Shown here piece by piece: positions 42,393-54,927 of a stretch of DNA of 64,000 bases (position 1 is the first letter of the stretch; each line of letters begins with the position of its first letter). Origin of the DNA: Octopus vulgaris. Lineage: Eukaryota. The translations under genes were made by a program, and so were the position numbers. A model generated the notes under the pieces. That model was not told the DNA's origin and made no database searches. It saw only the letters and a program-made list of their open reading frames with translations. The stretch is from positions 51,150,001-51,214,000 of the forward strand of contig OX597826.1 in NCBI GenBank assembly GCA_951406725.2, given 5' to 3'.

Positions 42393-42612
42393 ATGTGCGT
42401 GTGTTTGTGTGTCTGTGTTTGTCCCTCCAACATCGCTTGACAACCGACGCTGGTGTGTTTACGTCCCCGTAACGTAGCGGTTCGGCAAAAGAGACCGATA
42501 GAATAAGTACTAGGCTTACAAAGAATAAGTCCTGGGGTCGACTTGCTCGACTAAAGGCGGTGCTCCAGCATGGCCACAGTCACATGACTGAAACAAGTAA
42601 GAGAGAGAGAGA
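42078..42612. mobile_element. SINE family A with an inverted 3' segment (minus 42078-42232 joined to plus 42240-42612)
   Basis: The two 3' ends are reverse complements; a short duplication, ACATTGGGCAAGTG, marks the junction. Confidence 0.8.
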
Positions 42613-43053
42613 GTATACATCACATGAGCGCACACACACTACTATATCCTCATTCCCACTTCCACACACAGGTACACTCTTATACTAGCACTTACACAGT
42701 CGCCCATCGCAAACCCTCCGCATGATTTCTAATCCTTCACTTTTTCTTCACTGGTTATTTCTCTTTATCACTGTTCCTATGCTTCAGTTTTTCTTTCTTT
42801 TGTTGAATGATGAACGTCCGAAACATCCGAACACTTTTTCTTCTTTTAAAGTGTTAAGCGAATAAATATCTTGTTCGTCAAACTTAGTTCTTCGAGTGTT
42901 GTTCATTTTAATGTTCATTGTATTTACACTATACATAGATATAAAAATGCATAAATATATACACATATACACTCTTAAACACACACATACATATGTACTT
43001 ACAGATTACATACATAAATACATACACATATACGTGTAAATATTTATGTATGT

Positions 43054-43432
43054 AGGCGCAATGGCCTAGTGATTAGGGCAGCGGACTCGCGGTCATAGGA
43101 TCGCGGCTTCGATTCCCAGACCGGGCGTTGTGAGTGTTTATTGAGCGAAAACACCTAAAGCTCCACGGGGCTCCGGCAGGGGATGGTGGTGATCCCTGCT
43201 GTACTTTTTCACTACAACTTTCTCTCACTCTTACTTCCTGTTTCTGTTGTACCTGTATTTCAAAGGGCCGGCCTTGTCACTCTCTGTGTCACGCTGAATA
43301 TCCCCAAGAACTACATTAAGGGTACACGTGTCTGTGGAGTGCTCAGCCACTCACACGTTAATTTCACGAGCAGGCTGTTCCGTTGATTCGGATCAACCGG
43401 AACCCTCGTCGTCGTAACCGACGGAGTGCTTC
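43054..43432 (+). mobile_element. SINE family C, full length, carrying the family D-type 3' tail
   Basis: Family C head. The tail GCCTTGTCACTCTCTGTGTCACGCTGA...CCCTCGTCGTCGTAACCGACGGAGT is shared with 20340-20510. Confidence 0.9.
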
Positions 43433-43613
43433 CATCCATCCATGTACATATACATACACATATAGTCACGCATTTATTCAATTTATATTGAATTCATTTA
43501 TTTTGTTTATCGCATGCTTAAGACCGTTATTTGAAAGGACCAATGAAACAAATCCATTTTTAAAGGTGTATCCTTTAACTAGTTTGGATCAAATTGTTAT
43601 TTCTGTTCTATTT

Positions 43614-43671
43614 TAACAAAAAAACTGTCCGACGAACGGGAACGTGAAACTCCGAGTAACAGCTTTTGTTA
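43614..43671 (+). ncRNA. Minimal type I hammerhead ribozyme (U4C core variant)
   Basis: TAACAAAA..CTGT-CCGACGA-ACG(GGAA)CGT-GAA-ACTC(C)GAGT-A-ACAG-C-TTTTGTTA. All three stems pair, stem II has a GNRA loop and the GUA triplet is at 43656-43658. AATAAA and a TA tract follow. Confidence 0.85.
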
Positions 43672-44069
43672 TATTTCTGCTGCTTTTAAATAAAGTATAT
43701 ATATATGTATGTATGTATGTATGTATGCGTGTATATATGATTGTGCAGAAGGTCATGAAATCAAGCGTGTGGGTTTCTTCGTGGCAAGTTGATATCTCCC
43801 TTTAACAAATCCACGGCATTGTCACTTTCTTCGAGGATGACGGCGACATGACTGTACATATGTAGGAATATGTTTATATATAGGTATATATATATATATA
43901 TATATGTACATATACATGTATATATAAATATATATATATATATATATACATATATGTATACATACATACATACATACACACATATATATATATATATATT
44001 TATATATACATGTATATATATATATATATAAATATATATGTATATATATTTACATATATATATGTGTAT

Positions 44070-44111
<42 letters not shown>

Positions 44112-44245
44112 ACACACACATATATATGTATTCATATACACACATATATTTGTGCTATAAATATGTATCTGTATATGAAAGTATTTCTCTCACTAACTGT
44201 ACATACACATACACTTATGTACGTACAACATGCACATGTGTGTGA

Positions 44246-44306
<61 letters not shown>

Positions 44307-44614
44307 TGTGCGCGGAATATAAAAGCCTTTCTAAGAATGTTTTAACAAAAGATCTCATCTAATGACATTAAATTTCTGTATTCAAGAATTGAATCACGTA
44401 ACAGCCTTTGTAGCCACTTTTCAGAGAGTTCACAGTTTAAAATATTCCGTTATTTAAGATAAAGCAAGTTGAGGTTTAAATCAATTTTTGTGAAATGGAA
44501 ATAGAGAGAATAGTTGCTCTGTACATGAAAATACTATTTCATGTCTGATATCCAGCAATTTCTGTTTGGTCAAATAAGAACGTTTTTGTTATATGTAAAA
44601 AGACATCGGATAGA

Positions 44615-45017
<403 letters not shown>

Positions 45018-45288
45018 TCTCTTTCTTTCTCTCTCTCTAGAAACCCCGAGTCATGCACATACCTTCATACACACCTGCTCACACACTACTTTGTGCTGGC
45101 GTACGCGTGTGCATGTATGTGAACGCGTGTGTATGTGTGTGCGTTTCTGTATTGTTGCTTGTAAATATCAAATGAGGTAGGTCGAACAAGGTACTTTAGC
45201 TACAAGTATTTGCACGTCGCTATTCCCATGGAAACTATGCTCAATGCTCCCAAAAATATTCACTTAAATATATACGCGTACAGTTACT

Positions 45289-45955
45289 GGTAGCGTAGTG
45301 GTTCGAGTGTTGAGCTCTTGATCATAGATCGTGGTTTCGATTCCTGAACCGGACGATGCGTTGTGATCATGAGCAAAACATTTCATTTCCCGTTGCTCCA
45401 GTCTACTCAGCTGGACCGGCGTAAACGGTAAGGTCATGAATGGCCATAGGATTGCACCAAGAAAGTTCCCCTTCGAGGCATAAGTCCGGGCAAGGATTCC
45501 ATGGAAGAACTGCAGTCACCCATGCATACCTGCCTCCCCTTTCAATGCCAGCGGTATTGTCCAAAGGAAAGGCAAAGGTCGATAGAGCTTGGGACCAGTG
45601 ATGTCACAATTCATTTTCAACATCTGAGTTAACTGGAACAACGTGAAATAAAGTGTCTTGCTCAAGAACACAACGCACAGCCCGGCCCGGGAAACGAACT
45701 CACTACCACGTGACTGTGAGTTCGACGCTCTAACCACTGAGCCATGTGCCTTCACGCCCGCGCGCGCACACACACACGCGTGTGTGTATGTGTGTGTGTG
45801 TGGCTGTGTGCAGCGAAGCTTGTTTCCCAACCACATGGTTCCGAGTTCAGTCCCCCACTGCCATGCATCTTGGGCAAGTTTCTTCTGGTAGAGCCTCGGG
45901 CCGACCAAAGCTTTATGAGTGGATTTGGTAGACGGAAACTGAAAGAAGTCTGTCA
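45289..45955. mobile_element. SINE cluster: family D-like head (+, 45289-45415), D-like element (-, ~45420-45757) and family A 5' half (+, 45800-45955)
   Basis: tRNA-like heads and core motifs on both strands. Confidence 0.75.
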
Positions 45956-45976
45956 TACACACACACACACACACAT

Positions 45977-46019
<43 letters not shown>

Positions 46020-46029
46020 AACATACATA

Positions 46030-46700
46030 AATGTCGAGCAATGAAAATGAATGCTCAACACCGCATTGGTGGATATAATTTCTTTGTGAATTAAGGCTAC
46101 CCTTGGTTTCATGCTAAGAAAAGTAGGAAAATATCCTAGTGTCTTAACAATTTTTCAAGCCAATCACATGGAGAAGGATGTTCGCCTACATTTCGGAATG
46201 TTCGTGTAGTTCACGTGGGTTTTCGAAAAATTCGCGTGAATAAAACAACGCATCATTTAATCAGGGGGCGTTCCTTCTGGGTGGTATCTTATCGATGTTT
46301 TTTTCCCTTGGATTTGTCTTTTGGACAAACTTCTTGTGTGGTCAATTTGTTTGCATTATTCTATTTTTGTTCTGGGCATAGTGTTCTTATACTTGTGTGC
46401 CCAGGCATATTTCTTCTTTGTGTGAAGTTTGTGTGGTATGTGTGTTTCTGCTTATCCTGGTGGGGTTATTGTCGCGGATAGGGTCTCTTCTTTGAAAGAT
46501 TTGTGTGCAAAATATTGTTTGTGTATGCAGGAAGAGAAGATTTCATCAGTGATGTTTAAGATTTTATCTGTTGACTGTGTAATGTTTAATTTTTCAGTAA
46601 TACAGAGTTCACATTTAGTGCCCCATTCTCTGTATTTCTTGGCTTTAGCAATAACTTTTCATTCTATATGGGGGTTGTTTATTCCACCTTCTTTTAATAT

Positions 46701-46703
<3 letters not shown>
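46030..46703 (-). mobile_element. Penelope-like element 3' portion: GIY-YIG C-terminus plus decayed long-stem-II hammerhead (46172-46278)
   Basis: From 46703 the minus strand reads WILKEGGINNPHIE*KVIAKAKKYREWGTKCELCITEKLNITQSTDKILNITDEIFSSCIH (CxLC..EK..LN..E..CxH). Downstream: AGAAGGA..CGCC..CTGATTA...GAAATGTA-GGCG..TCCTTCT. Truncated at a (TA)n tract. Confidence 0.8.
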
Positions 46704-46740
<37 letters not shown>

Positions 46741-46746
<6 letters not shown>

Positions 46747-47105
46747 AGATAGGGGTTGTAAATTCAACCCTCCATGGGATAACATATATCCAATATACTG
46801 CTAGAGAAGTACCCAACAAAGCTAATACATAAATGTTAAAAATTGCGATGCAATTAATTCATCTACTGTATTATGTGGGCAAAGGTAAAATTATTTTTAC
46901 CATAAATTAATAATACAAAATGAGAAAATGGAGAAATATATCTCAATCAATCATCAACCATCAGATAATACCCAATCAATACTTTATTAAACCATTACAC
47001 AATAGCAATGATATTATACATTAATATAGTACAAATATAACAAGACATAGAAATAGAAATAGAAATACATTTACATTGTAGATATATTTCTCCATTTTCT
47101 CATTT

Positions 47106-47110
<5 letters not shown>
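46741..47110. mobile_element. (TA)n-embedded insert with a perfect 31-bp inverted repeat
   Basis: 46913-46943 ATACAAAATGAGAAAATGGAGAAATATATCT is the reverse complement of 47080-47110. Confidence 0.65.
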
Positions 47111-47139
<29 letters not shown>

Positions 47140-47609
47140 TTTACGTCCCCGTAACTTAGCAGTTCGGCAACAAACGTTGTTGGAATAAGTATTTAAGTAA
47201 AGTACTGGGGTCGATTTGTTCGATTAAAGAAAAAAAAAAGTTTCTCCAAGGCGGTGCCCCAGCATGGCAGCAGTCTAATAACTGAAACAAGTAGAAGAAT
47301 AGAAGAATAGAAGAATAAAAATACATATATACATACCTTTTTGAAGCTTGGTACTTATTCTATCAGTTGTGTTTGCCGGACCACTAAGTTACGGAGACAT
47401 ACCCAAACCAGCATCGGTTATCAAGTGGTGGTAGGAGACAAACATATACACTAAGGCTCCACACGACATATTTCTTCTGTCTAGGAACTCCACTCACAAG
47501 GCTTTCATCGGCCCGAGGCTATAGTAGAAGACACTTGCTCAAGGTGCCACACAGTGGGACTGAACCTGGAACAATGTGGCTGGGAAGCAAACTGTTTACC
47601 ATACAACCA

Positions 47610-48008
47610 CATCTTTCTTTCTTTCTTTTACTTGTTTCAGTCATTTGACTGCGGCCATGCTGGAGCACCGCCTTTAATCGAGCAACTCGACCCCGGGACT
47701 TATTCTTTTGTAAGTCCAGTACTTATTCTATCGGTCTCTTTTGCTGAACCGCTAAGTAACGGGGACATAAACACACCAGCATCGGTTGTCAAGCAATGTT
47801 AGGGGGACAAACACAGACACACAAACACACACACGCACATATATATATATATATATATACATATATACGACGGGCTTCTTTCAGTTTCCGTCTACCAAAT
47901 CCACCCACAAGGCTTTGGTCGGCCCGAGGCTATAGTAGAAGACACTTGCCCAAGATGCCACACAGTGGGACTGAACCCGGAACCATGTGGTTGGTAAACA
48001 AGCTACTT
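47610..48008 (-). mobile_element. SINE family A, split by the 48009-50164 insertion; its remaining 5' end is at 50165-50196
   Basis: The consensus ...GGTAAGCAAGCTACTTACCACACAGCCAC is restored when the insert is removed. Confidence 0.9.
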
Positions 48009-50164
48009 TATTTCAACAATTTTGCTACTAGGGCAGTACACAGAGTAGCTACGGGCTGGACAAAGACATTAATGGATGATGGTGGTGGTGGATGAAGATG
48101 GTGATGGGAGAAGTCAAAAAGCGCCCGCCGACTTCCGCTTCTCTAAGACATTGTTCTTTTTTTTAATAAGTTCAATTTTCTTTTTTCTTTAGTTTCAATA
48201 AATCGACATGAGGTTGCAAACCTCTTACACGAAGGAGGCACTAAAACCTCTTACAAAGTTCTTTTTTTCATTTCTTTTGCCACAAGGGCAGTATATGAAT
48301 TCACAAAAATTCTCCCTGTCAGGTCCCCGAAGCAAATTGTCTTGCCGCCTGCAGACAACTCTGCGACGACAAGTCGAGGCCTGCAAAGAGAAAAGTAAAA
48401 TGTTTCCTCTCAAAGGTCTTTGTGACCCTTGACAAAATGTTTTCCCTTACTACCTCCGCAGCTACCCACGGAGGCCATAACGGACTCCTTGAGCTGACCG
48501 TGTCCTTGCGTTCTCGGTCATCCAAGCCATTCAAAAACTTTTCCACCTTCCCTCCCTTGTGGTAAAGGAGGAGAAACAACTCCTCTTCATGGGAAGGGAC
48601 CTCACACTGATCCGTCAGTGGCACACTTTCCACTGACGGAGCACTGTCCGCGGGTGGCACACGTCCCACCCGCGGCTCCGTCGGCGACACAGAAACGTCA
48701 GCCGTCCGACCTCTTTTTCTTTTTTTTTTCCTCTTTTTTTAGAGGCTGCTAGCCCGGGGGGCTCCTTCGGTAGACACGGGGGGTCGCTATCCTCCTCCTC
48801 CGTCTGTACGTTCTTTGGTGAGCAACCATTGTTGCTCACCTGTCTTTTTCTTTTCGTGGAGGCAACCTCCTCCACGACTTCCACCGTCTCCCCCTCCAAT
48901 GAGGGGGCAGCGGGCACCTTTTCCTTTTCATGCTCCGGGGCAACACCACGGCCACCGGGACACTTCCTCTTGATATGTCCAGGCTCCAGGCACAGGTGAC
49001 ACTTGGGGGGGGGGCGTCCCTCAAGCATCAACGGATACCTGTACCCGGCCATCCTCAAAAAGTCCGGTAAAACCAGACTTTTGGCTGACTGGGTCCATAG
49101 GGTCAAAACAGCTCTTGACCCCTCCCAATCAGCCGCAGGCTGTACTTTTACGTTCAGTAGCTTGGAGCTGCTACCATCCAAGCCCCGGCGGATAGAGTCC
49201 TCTATCCACTCGGGCTCAACGCCTGGTGGTAAGCCGCAGATCCAAGCTCTCAACAATTTTTCTCCCTTGTAATTTGGGAGAAACAATATTTGTTTGCCCT
49301 CAATGGGCTGGCTTGCAAATTCGCAAGCTGCTTTAGGGGAGTCAAATAGCAACCAAACCGTTGCGTATTTAACTCCCCGTGCGATATATTTAACGGCTGG
49401 CATGTAGTCTGCCAGCTCGTTAACAATAGTGGCCTTTGGAAAGACTGCTATGGTGTCGAGCGACTTCGAATATGTCCTCAGCACCACGGTCTTTTCCTCG
49501 AGCTCATTCAAATATTTTTTGGGAGGTGTCAAATCCCACACAGTGAATTTCTTTGCCATAACGTAAGATTTAAAAACAGTTCAAAATGTGATAAAATAAA
49601 ATAAGACACAGAAAGGAGAATGAAAAATACAACAGAAGGGAAGAAATAAAATTAGAAATAGCAGTTTAAAAAAGGTTCTTTTTTTAAAAAAATAAATGAT
49701 AGACGGAGAAAGAGAGTTCAAATCCAGACAAAGGAATTAATTTTTTCTTTTTTTTTTGTTTTCACTTTTTTCGGCCAAAAAATTGTATTCCAGGCCAAAT
49801 GCACAGTTGGTAAAACACCTTGATAAAATAATCCTTGGTACTCCTTGGTAATTCCCGTGGATAACACAAAGACAATTTCAAAAACAATTTTTGCAGACGG
49901 ACTACGCCGCTTTAAAAATACAATTCTCACTGCAAAGTGAGTCTTTACACTCGACAACAGGCAGAAAAATTATATCTGGAGCAAAGTGGAGTTTATTATC
50001 TGCTAAAAAATATTAAATGCTAAAAAACATTAAATGCAAGTAATAGACTTCACTAAGCTCCCAAAAATACAAAACGCCTACCTGTAGTCGAGTCAAAAGT
50101 TCAATAATTCACGTTAAAACGTGACATTTGCCGGAGCGATAAAAAACACGTCCGTTCGGTGAGA
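48009..50164 (-). mobile_element. Full-length ORF1-only non-LTR retroposon (HAL1-like) with 9-bp TSD
   Basis: TSD AAGCTACTT at 48000-48008 and 50165-50173. About 600 nt of 5' UTR, one gag-like ORF and a 3' end at GAAATAAA. No RT or endonuclease motifs are present. Confidence 0.8.
48615..49559 (-). CDS. Gag-like ORF1 protein with CCHC zinc knuckle, probably continuing by frameshift to 48319
   Basis: 314-aa ATG-initiated ORF with CHLCLEPGHIKRKC (C-x2-C-x4-H-x4-C), preceded by a region that could be RRM-like and followed by a K/E/P-rich region, as in L1/Tx1-type ORF1. Confidence 0.8.
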   Translation of the reverse strand: MAKKFTVWDLTPPKKYLNELEEKTVVLRTYSKSLDTIAVFPKATIVNELADYMPAVKYIARGVKYATVWLLFDSPKAACEFASQPIEGKQILFLPNYKGEKLLRAWICGLPPGVEPEWIEDSIRRGLDGSSSKLLNVKVQPAADWEGSRAVLTLWTQSAKSLVLPDFLRMAGYRYPLMLEGRPPPKCHLCLEPGHIKRKCPGGRGVAPEHEKEKVPAAPSLEGETVEVVEEVASTKRKRQVSNNGCSPKNVQTEEEDSDPPCLPKEPPGLAASKKRGKKKEKEVGRLTFLCRRRSRGWDVCHPRTVLRQWKVCH

Positions 50165-50229
50165 AAGCTACTTACCACACAGCCACTGCTCCTATAATAT
50201 CTATTTTGCAGTGGAAAATACTTTTTTAA

Positions 50230-50990
50230 GCAAGTGTATGTTTACTTCCGGATTATTAGGTGGATTTATCAACTTATCTCCTGCTTTGAGTTTCTATCGG
50301 GATTTATTTGATTGATATAAGTAATTTGTTCTTTGGCACCATAGCGTCTTACGGTGTCATCATAATAGCCAGAATAGTTTTTAACTATTTGCTTATTGGC
50401 GGATAACCTGGATAATCTGACTTATTATTAATTAGGTTGTTGAAAGTGTTCATAGTTCGGTCGGTTTCCTAAGTATATAACTTAGTGTCTCATTTGGCTC
50501 GTGGAAAAGGTACCATAAAGTAGGAATAATCCAACGAGGCTACTAACATTTATGAAGTTACATATTCCCATGCTGACATCGAACAGAATATCTAAAGTTT
50601 TTGTCTTATATCACTGAAGTTGTTATAAAAAAAATAAAGGGCTTCATTGCTTGCAAGATAATATCTATTTCATCTTCACAAATGTTAGGAATTGATCTGA
50701 CATTGATCTGGCATGGTTTAGGGCTCTAATTAGAAGTGGTTTATTGATCAATGCGTAATAATAATTTATAACATGTTGCGGGAATATGGAGTTTTATTTA
50801 TCGGGAAGTGACTTGAATAAACCAATGATTGATTTATATATTGTTCCAAAGGAAACATCCTTAAGCTTAGATAAAAATTCATCGACCGTAATTTTGTTTA
50901 TCAAGCCCGTGGTTTATATGGTATGATTCAGGAATGAATGATTGCTGTGAAAAGTATGTTTATGATCTCTACACTATTTTAATAATTTAA
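50230..50990 (-). pseudogene. Highly decayed Penelope-like reverse transcriptase remnant
   Basis: Minus-strand fragments LLIRALNHAR, EDEIDIILQAMKPFIF, LFDVSMG and LVGLFLL match my recollection of PLE RT motifs (FDVTMG...ELVGL). Many frameshifts. Confidence 0.6.
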
Positions 50991-51008
50991 AGTGTTTCAA
51001 CAAGTTTA

Positions 51009-51800
51009 CAGGTTGTTCAGGGTAAATTTGACAGTTTGTATAAAAGGAAAAGACAACACAACATCCCTCTAAAAATAAAAGTATTTTAAATAATCAAAAA
51101 GTTTCAACCAAATTATGACTGGGAAATAACAGTTTACTCAAAGTAATAGTCCTCAGTTTTCACCACGGTCTCAACACGGCTCCGGAGCCTGGCGCAAGCG
51201 TTTCTTACTGTGTCCCCGGAAGATCTTCGAACACCTCTTTGATATTGGCTGCCAGCTCGCCCTTAGCATCTTTCTCAACGGAACCCACACATAGTAATCT
51301 ATAAGATTACAAACGGGGGAATTAGGAGGTCAGAAATTGGGGCTGGTGAAATGGAAATTCTACGAAAACAACTTCTAACTCTTTCAAGAAATATGGCAAA
51401 GAGCCGAATCCTACTACTACACATAAGGCCTTCAGGAGTATCCCTCTCCAGCAGTTTTATATTGCTGTCTGAATCGAGTCTGAGACTCTGTTCAAAGATT
51501 TGGGGCGACATGACGCCACCCTCACTGGAGACACATCCAAAGACAATTACGGTTTGAAGGACCTTGGTTTTCATGGATTGTAGGCAAACTGCCAGCTGTT
51601 CTGGGTTTTGTGCAACTGGTCTTGGCAGAAATTCTTTTCATCTGAGAACTAAATCGTCCTCGTGTTCAGGGGCATTTTTGCCTTCGACAAGTGATTCTCC
51701 ATGGCCTTGGCTGTCAGAATTTCTTTTGTGTCTCTTGTACGAGAGGTAGCGATGGTCCTCATTCAGGGCTAGCTTCGTGGTGGCAACTCCAACACCCATC
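51009..51800 (-). mobile_element. Tc1/mariner-superfamily (maT/DD37D-like) transposon remnant
   Basis: VIVFGCVSSEG, **DSALCH (QDxAPxH) and F*PPNSPVCNLIDYYVW motifs; TA-CAGGTTGTTC terminus at 51007-51018. Confidence 0.75.
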
Positions 51801-51815
51801 TCTCTCGCCAAAATC

Positions 51816-51862
<47 letters not shown>

Positions 51863-52613
51863 TCCCTTCTTTCTTTCTCTCTTTCTTTCTTTCTTTCTTT
51901 CTTTCAGTCTTTGCTGTTTTTTTTGTTTCTTTCTTCCTTTTTCTTTTTTTTATTGAACTGCAACACCAATACTAAATTGAATTATAGAACCACAAATCAA
52001 GAGATTCTTTATCTAGGAACAATATCCGTAGTTTATTCACAATTCATCTCCTGTTCACTGTAAATTAGTAAATTATGTTTCCGAAAAAAACCCCAAAAGA
52101 TTTTCGGCCCGGGATGCTTAGAATATGCGCGCGCACAAACACACAGACACACACACGCGCGCGTGTGGGTGTACATGCATAAACCAAGAGCACGTGAACA
52201 GCATATATATTGACGTACGTACGACTACCCAGACAAAAAACAAATAAATTAAGTTTTCCCAGACCCACTGGAAGCGAACGAAAGGTGAAACAGAGTAAAG
52301 CAACATTTTAATAATTCGAGATGTAACTTTTATAGAATTCATTCACGTGAATTTTGTTCCATTCGTGGACATTATCTGTCAGTGTTAAATATCTATTGAA
52401 CTCGTTTCAGATCAATCGATTTTTACCGTAGTCGCAAAATTCAATTTAGCTTTATCCAAAATTTTAACTTTAGTACGTTCATAAACATATGTATGTATAT
52501 ATATGTATTATGTATGTATGTAAGCGCATATACACATGATCTTTATGTCTAGGGAACATCCTGGACATATCCATATATCAAAGTGAGGACATACACACGT
52601 AATAAGGGTATAT

Positions 52614-52657
<44 letters not shown>

Positions 52658-52702
52658 TAAAAAATGGAGTTAACGTAGATGTAATCAAATACACTCATCT
52701 AT

Positions 52703-52738
<36 letters not shown>

Positions 52739-52985
52739 GTACATGAGTGTGTGTGTGTGTCTATGTATAAAGATATGTATATGTGTGTATATGATTCTGT
52801 TATACGCAAACAATGCACTTACAGGGTATACATATTATGTATACTATATGTACGCACATACATACGTTCTCTCACTGTCTCTCTGTTACACACACACACA
52901 CCCACACACATACACACATGATCTTTATATCGCAGACGTCTGGATATAAATATAGTGACCGAAATATACTTCTACTATGTATGTC

Positions 52986-53019
<34 letters not shown>

Positions 53020-53149
53020 TGTATGTATGTATGTATGTATGTATGTATGTATGCATCTCTCTATCTATGTTTGAACATGTTTCTATGTATGTATCGATGG
53101 ATGTATATATGTATGTGGACATGCATATATATATGTATATATACATGTT

Positions 53150-53180
<31 letters not shown>

Positions 53181-53482
53181 TCATAAATACAACATACATA
53201 CAATATACACATCTATATATATATATATATATATTTATATGTCTGTGAATGCGAGCGCGCATATATATTTATCTATGAGCATATTGTGAAAACGAGCGCG
53301 TGATTGAACAATTCGGAGACAACATGACCAAATGGTTGGTTCGGAAGTTCGCTTTGTAATCATGCGTTTCAGAGTTCAATTCTACGATGTGGCGTTTTAG
53401 TAAAATACTCTCAGTGGCTGAAACCGGTACTGAAATGTTTTTTATAAAATTATTTTAGCAATTTCTATCTTGACTTCTTTTT

Positions 53483-53520
<38 letters not shown>

Positions 53521-53524
<4 letters not shown>

Positions 53525-54044
53525 CTAATGAAGGCGGGTTTATAGGGTTACTCTGTGTTTTTCGCCATAAAGGGTATGTTTATGGCGTATTTTCAGACCC
53601 TAAAACCTGCCGGCCTATGGCCTCTTTAAAATATGGAGTGGGAAACGATACATATTTTTTTCGTCCAAATGATTTTGAAGACTGCGGAATAAATGATATC
53701 AGATGGAGCAATGTCCGGCGACACATACAGATGAGGATTATCTTCCATTGCTGCTGGTCATCGGCCTCTGGCTGTGTCGTCCTCCTTCAGCTACGCGACC
53801 TGTCGGCTATGAGGGTAAAAGGTAGGGAGTTATCTCCCACTCTCATCAGCAATCAATTTCTAGCTGTGGTGTAATTATAGCTATTATCGCTATTATGCGG
53901 TTCCCAAAACGCTAACAGGAAACTGCTGAAATGCAAGTAGAGCCTGAAAATTTCTGTTCTGGAGTTCAGTATGGTCCCTGGTACGTGCGAGATTTTCAGT
54001 ATTTCCGTGCGTTCGGCTATGCATACCTTGCAGCGTTTCGTTCC
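53521..54044 (-). mobile_element. Penelope-like element 3' portion: GIY-YIG C-terminus, decayed hammerhead-like fold and terminal hairpin, between TA tracts
   Basis: GTKRCKVCIAERTEILK...ILNSRTEIFRLYLH. CGACACA/TGTGTCG arms surround CCGATGA-CCA..TGG at 53719-53780, and an imperfect hairpin lies at 53532-53610. Confidence 0.7.
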
Positions 54045-54051
54045 ATATATA

Positions 54052-54927
54052 TTTGGGGGCATCCCATAAATAATGCGGCTTTTTTAATTGCATGAACTAA
54101 AAGTCGGAGGGGGACGGGATAAATTACTTGCATCAACTTGCTAGCAAAGCAGGTAGTAATTATACCTTGGCCTTATTCTTACTGCAAGTTTTGAAGAGTG
54201 CAGTTCCATCTTAACAATAATTTTTCAAAGCTATAATGGAAGTGACAAAGGAGAATATTTGGCATATTTTGCATTATGAGTTCAATAAAGGAAACAACGT
54301 ATCGGAAAGTGCGAGGAATATTAATGAAGTATATGGGGATCGGACAATAAGGGTCAGTGTCAACGGTGGTTCCAGAAATTCGGTGCCGGAAACTACAGCC
54401 TAGAAGACGAGCCTCATCCTGGAAGATCTGTACAGCTTGACGAGGATGTTATGCAAACCCTGGTGGAACAAAATCCCATCGTAACTGCTGAGGAACTAGC
54501 AGAGAAGCTTGGATTTGGTCATTCAACCTGTCAGCACCAGAAGAAAAACGACCATCTTTGGTTTCAAGACGAAAGGTGTTCATCCACCAAGATAATGTTC
54601 GGCCACATACAGGCTTGAGCAGTTTGAATCGGAAACGATTCTCCACACACCATATTCGCTGGACATTGCACCATCTGATTATCGTTTATTCCGCAGTCTT
54701 CAAGATCATTTGGACGCAAAAAAAAAATGAATTCTGTAGAGGTCAGAACAGTAGTGGAGAATTATTTTTCGTCACGGACAAGTAAATTTTGGACAAGTAA
54801 ATTTTGGAAGAGGAGCCTTGCAAGTCTATCAGAAGAGCATTGAAGAAAATGGAGACTATATTTTAGGTTAAAAAAGAACTTTGTTTATCGTAAAAGGAGG
54901 TATAAAAAATCCGCATTATTTATAGGA

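Noticed and set aside
46657-46663. In-frame TGA in the PLE endonuclease as a possible selenocysteine
   Set aside because: It falls at a probable Trp position (TGG>TGA), not a Cys, in a decayed copy.
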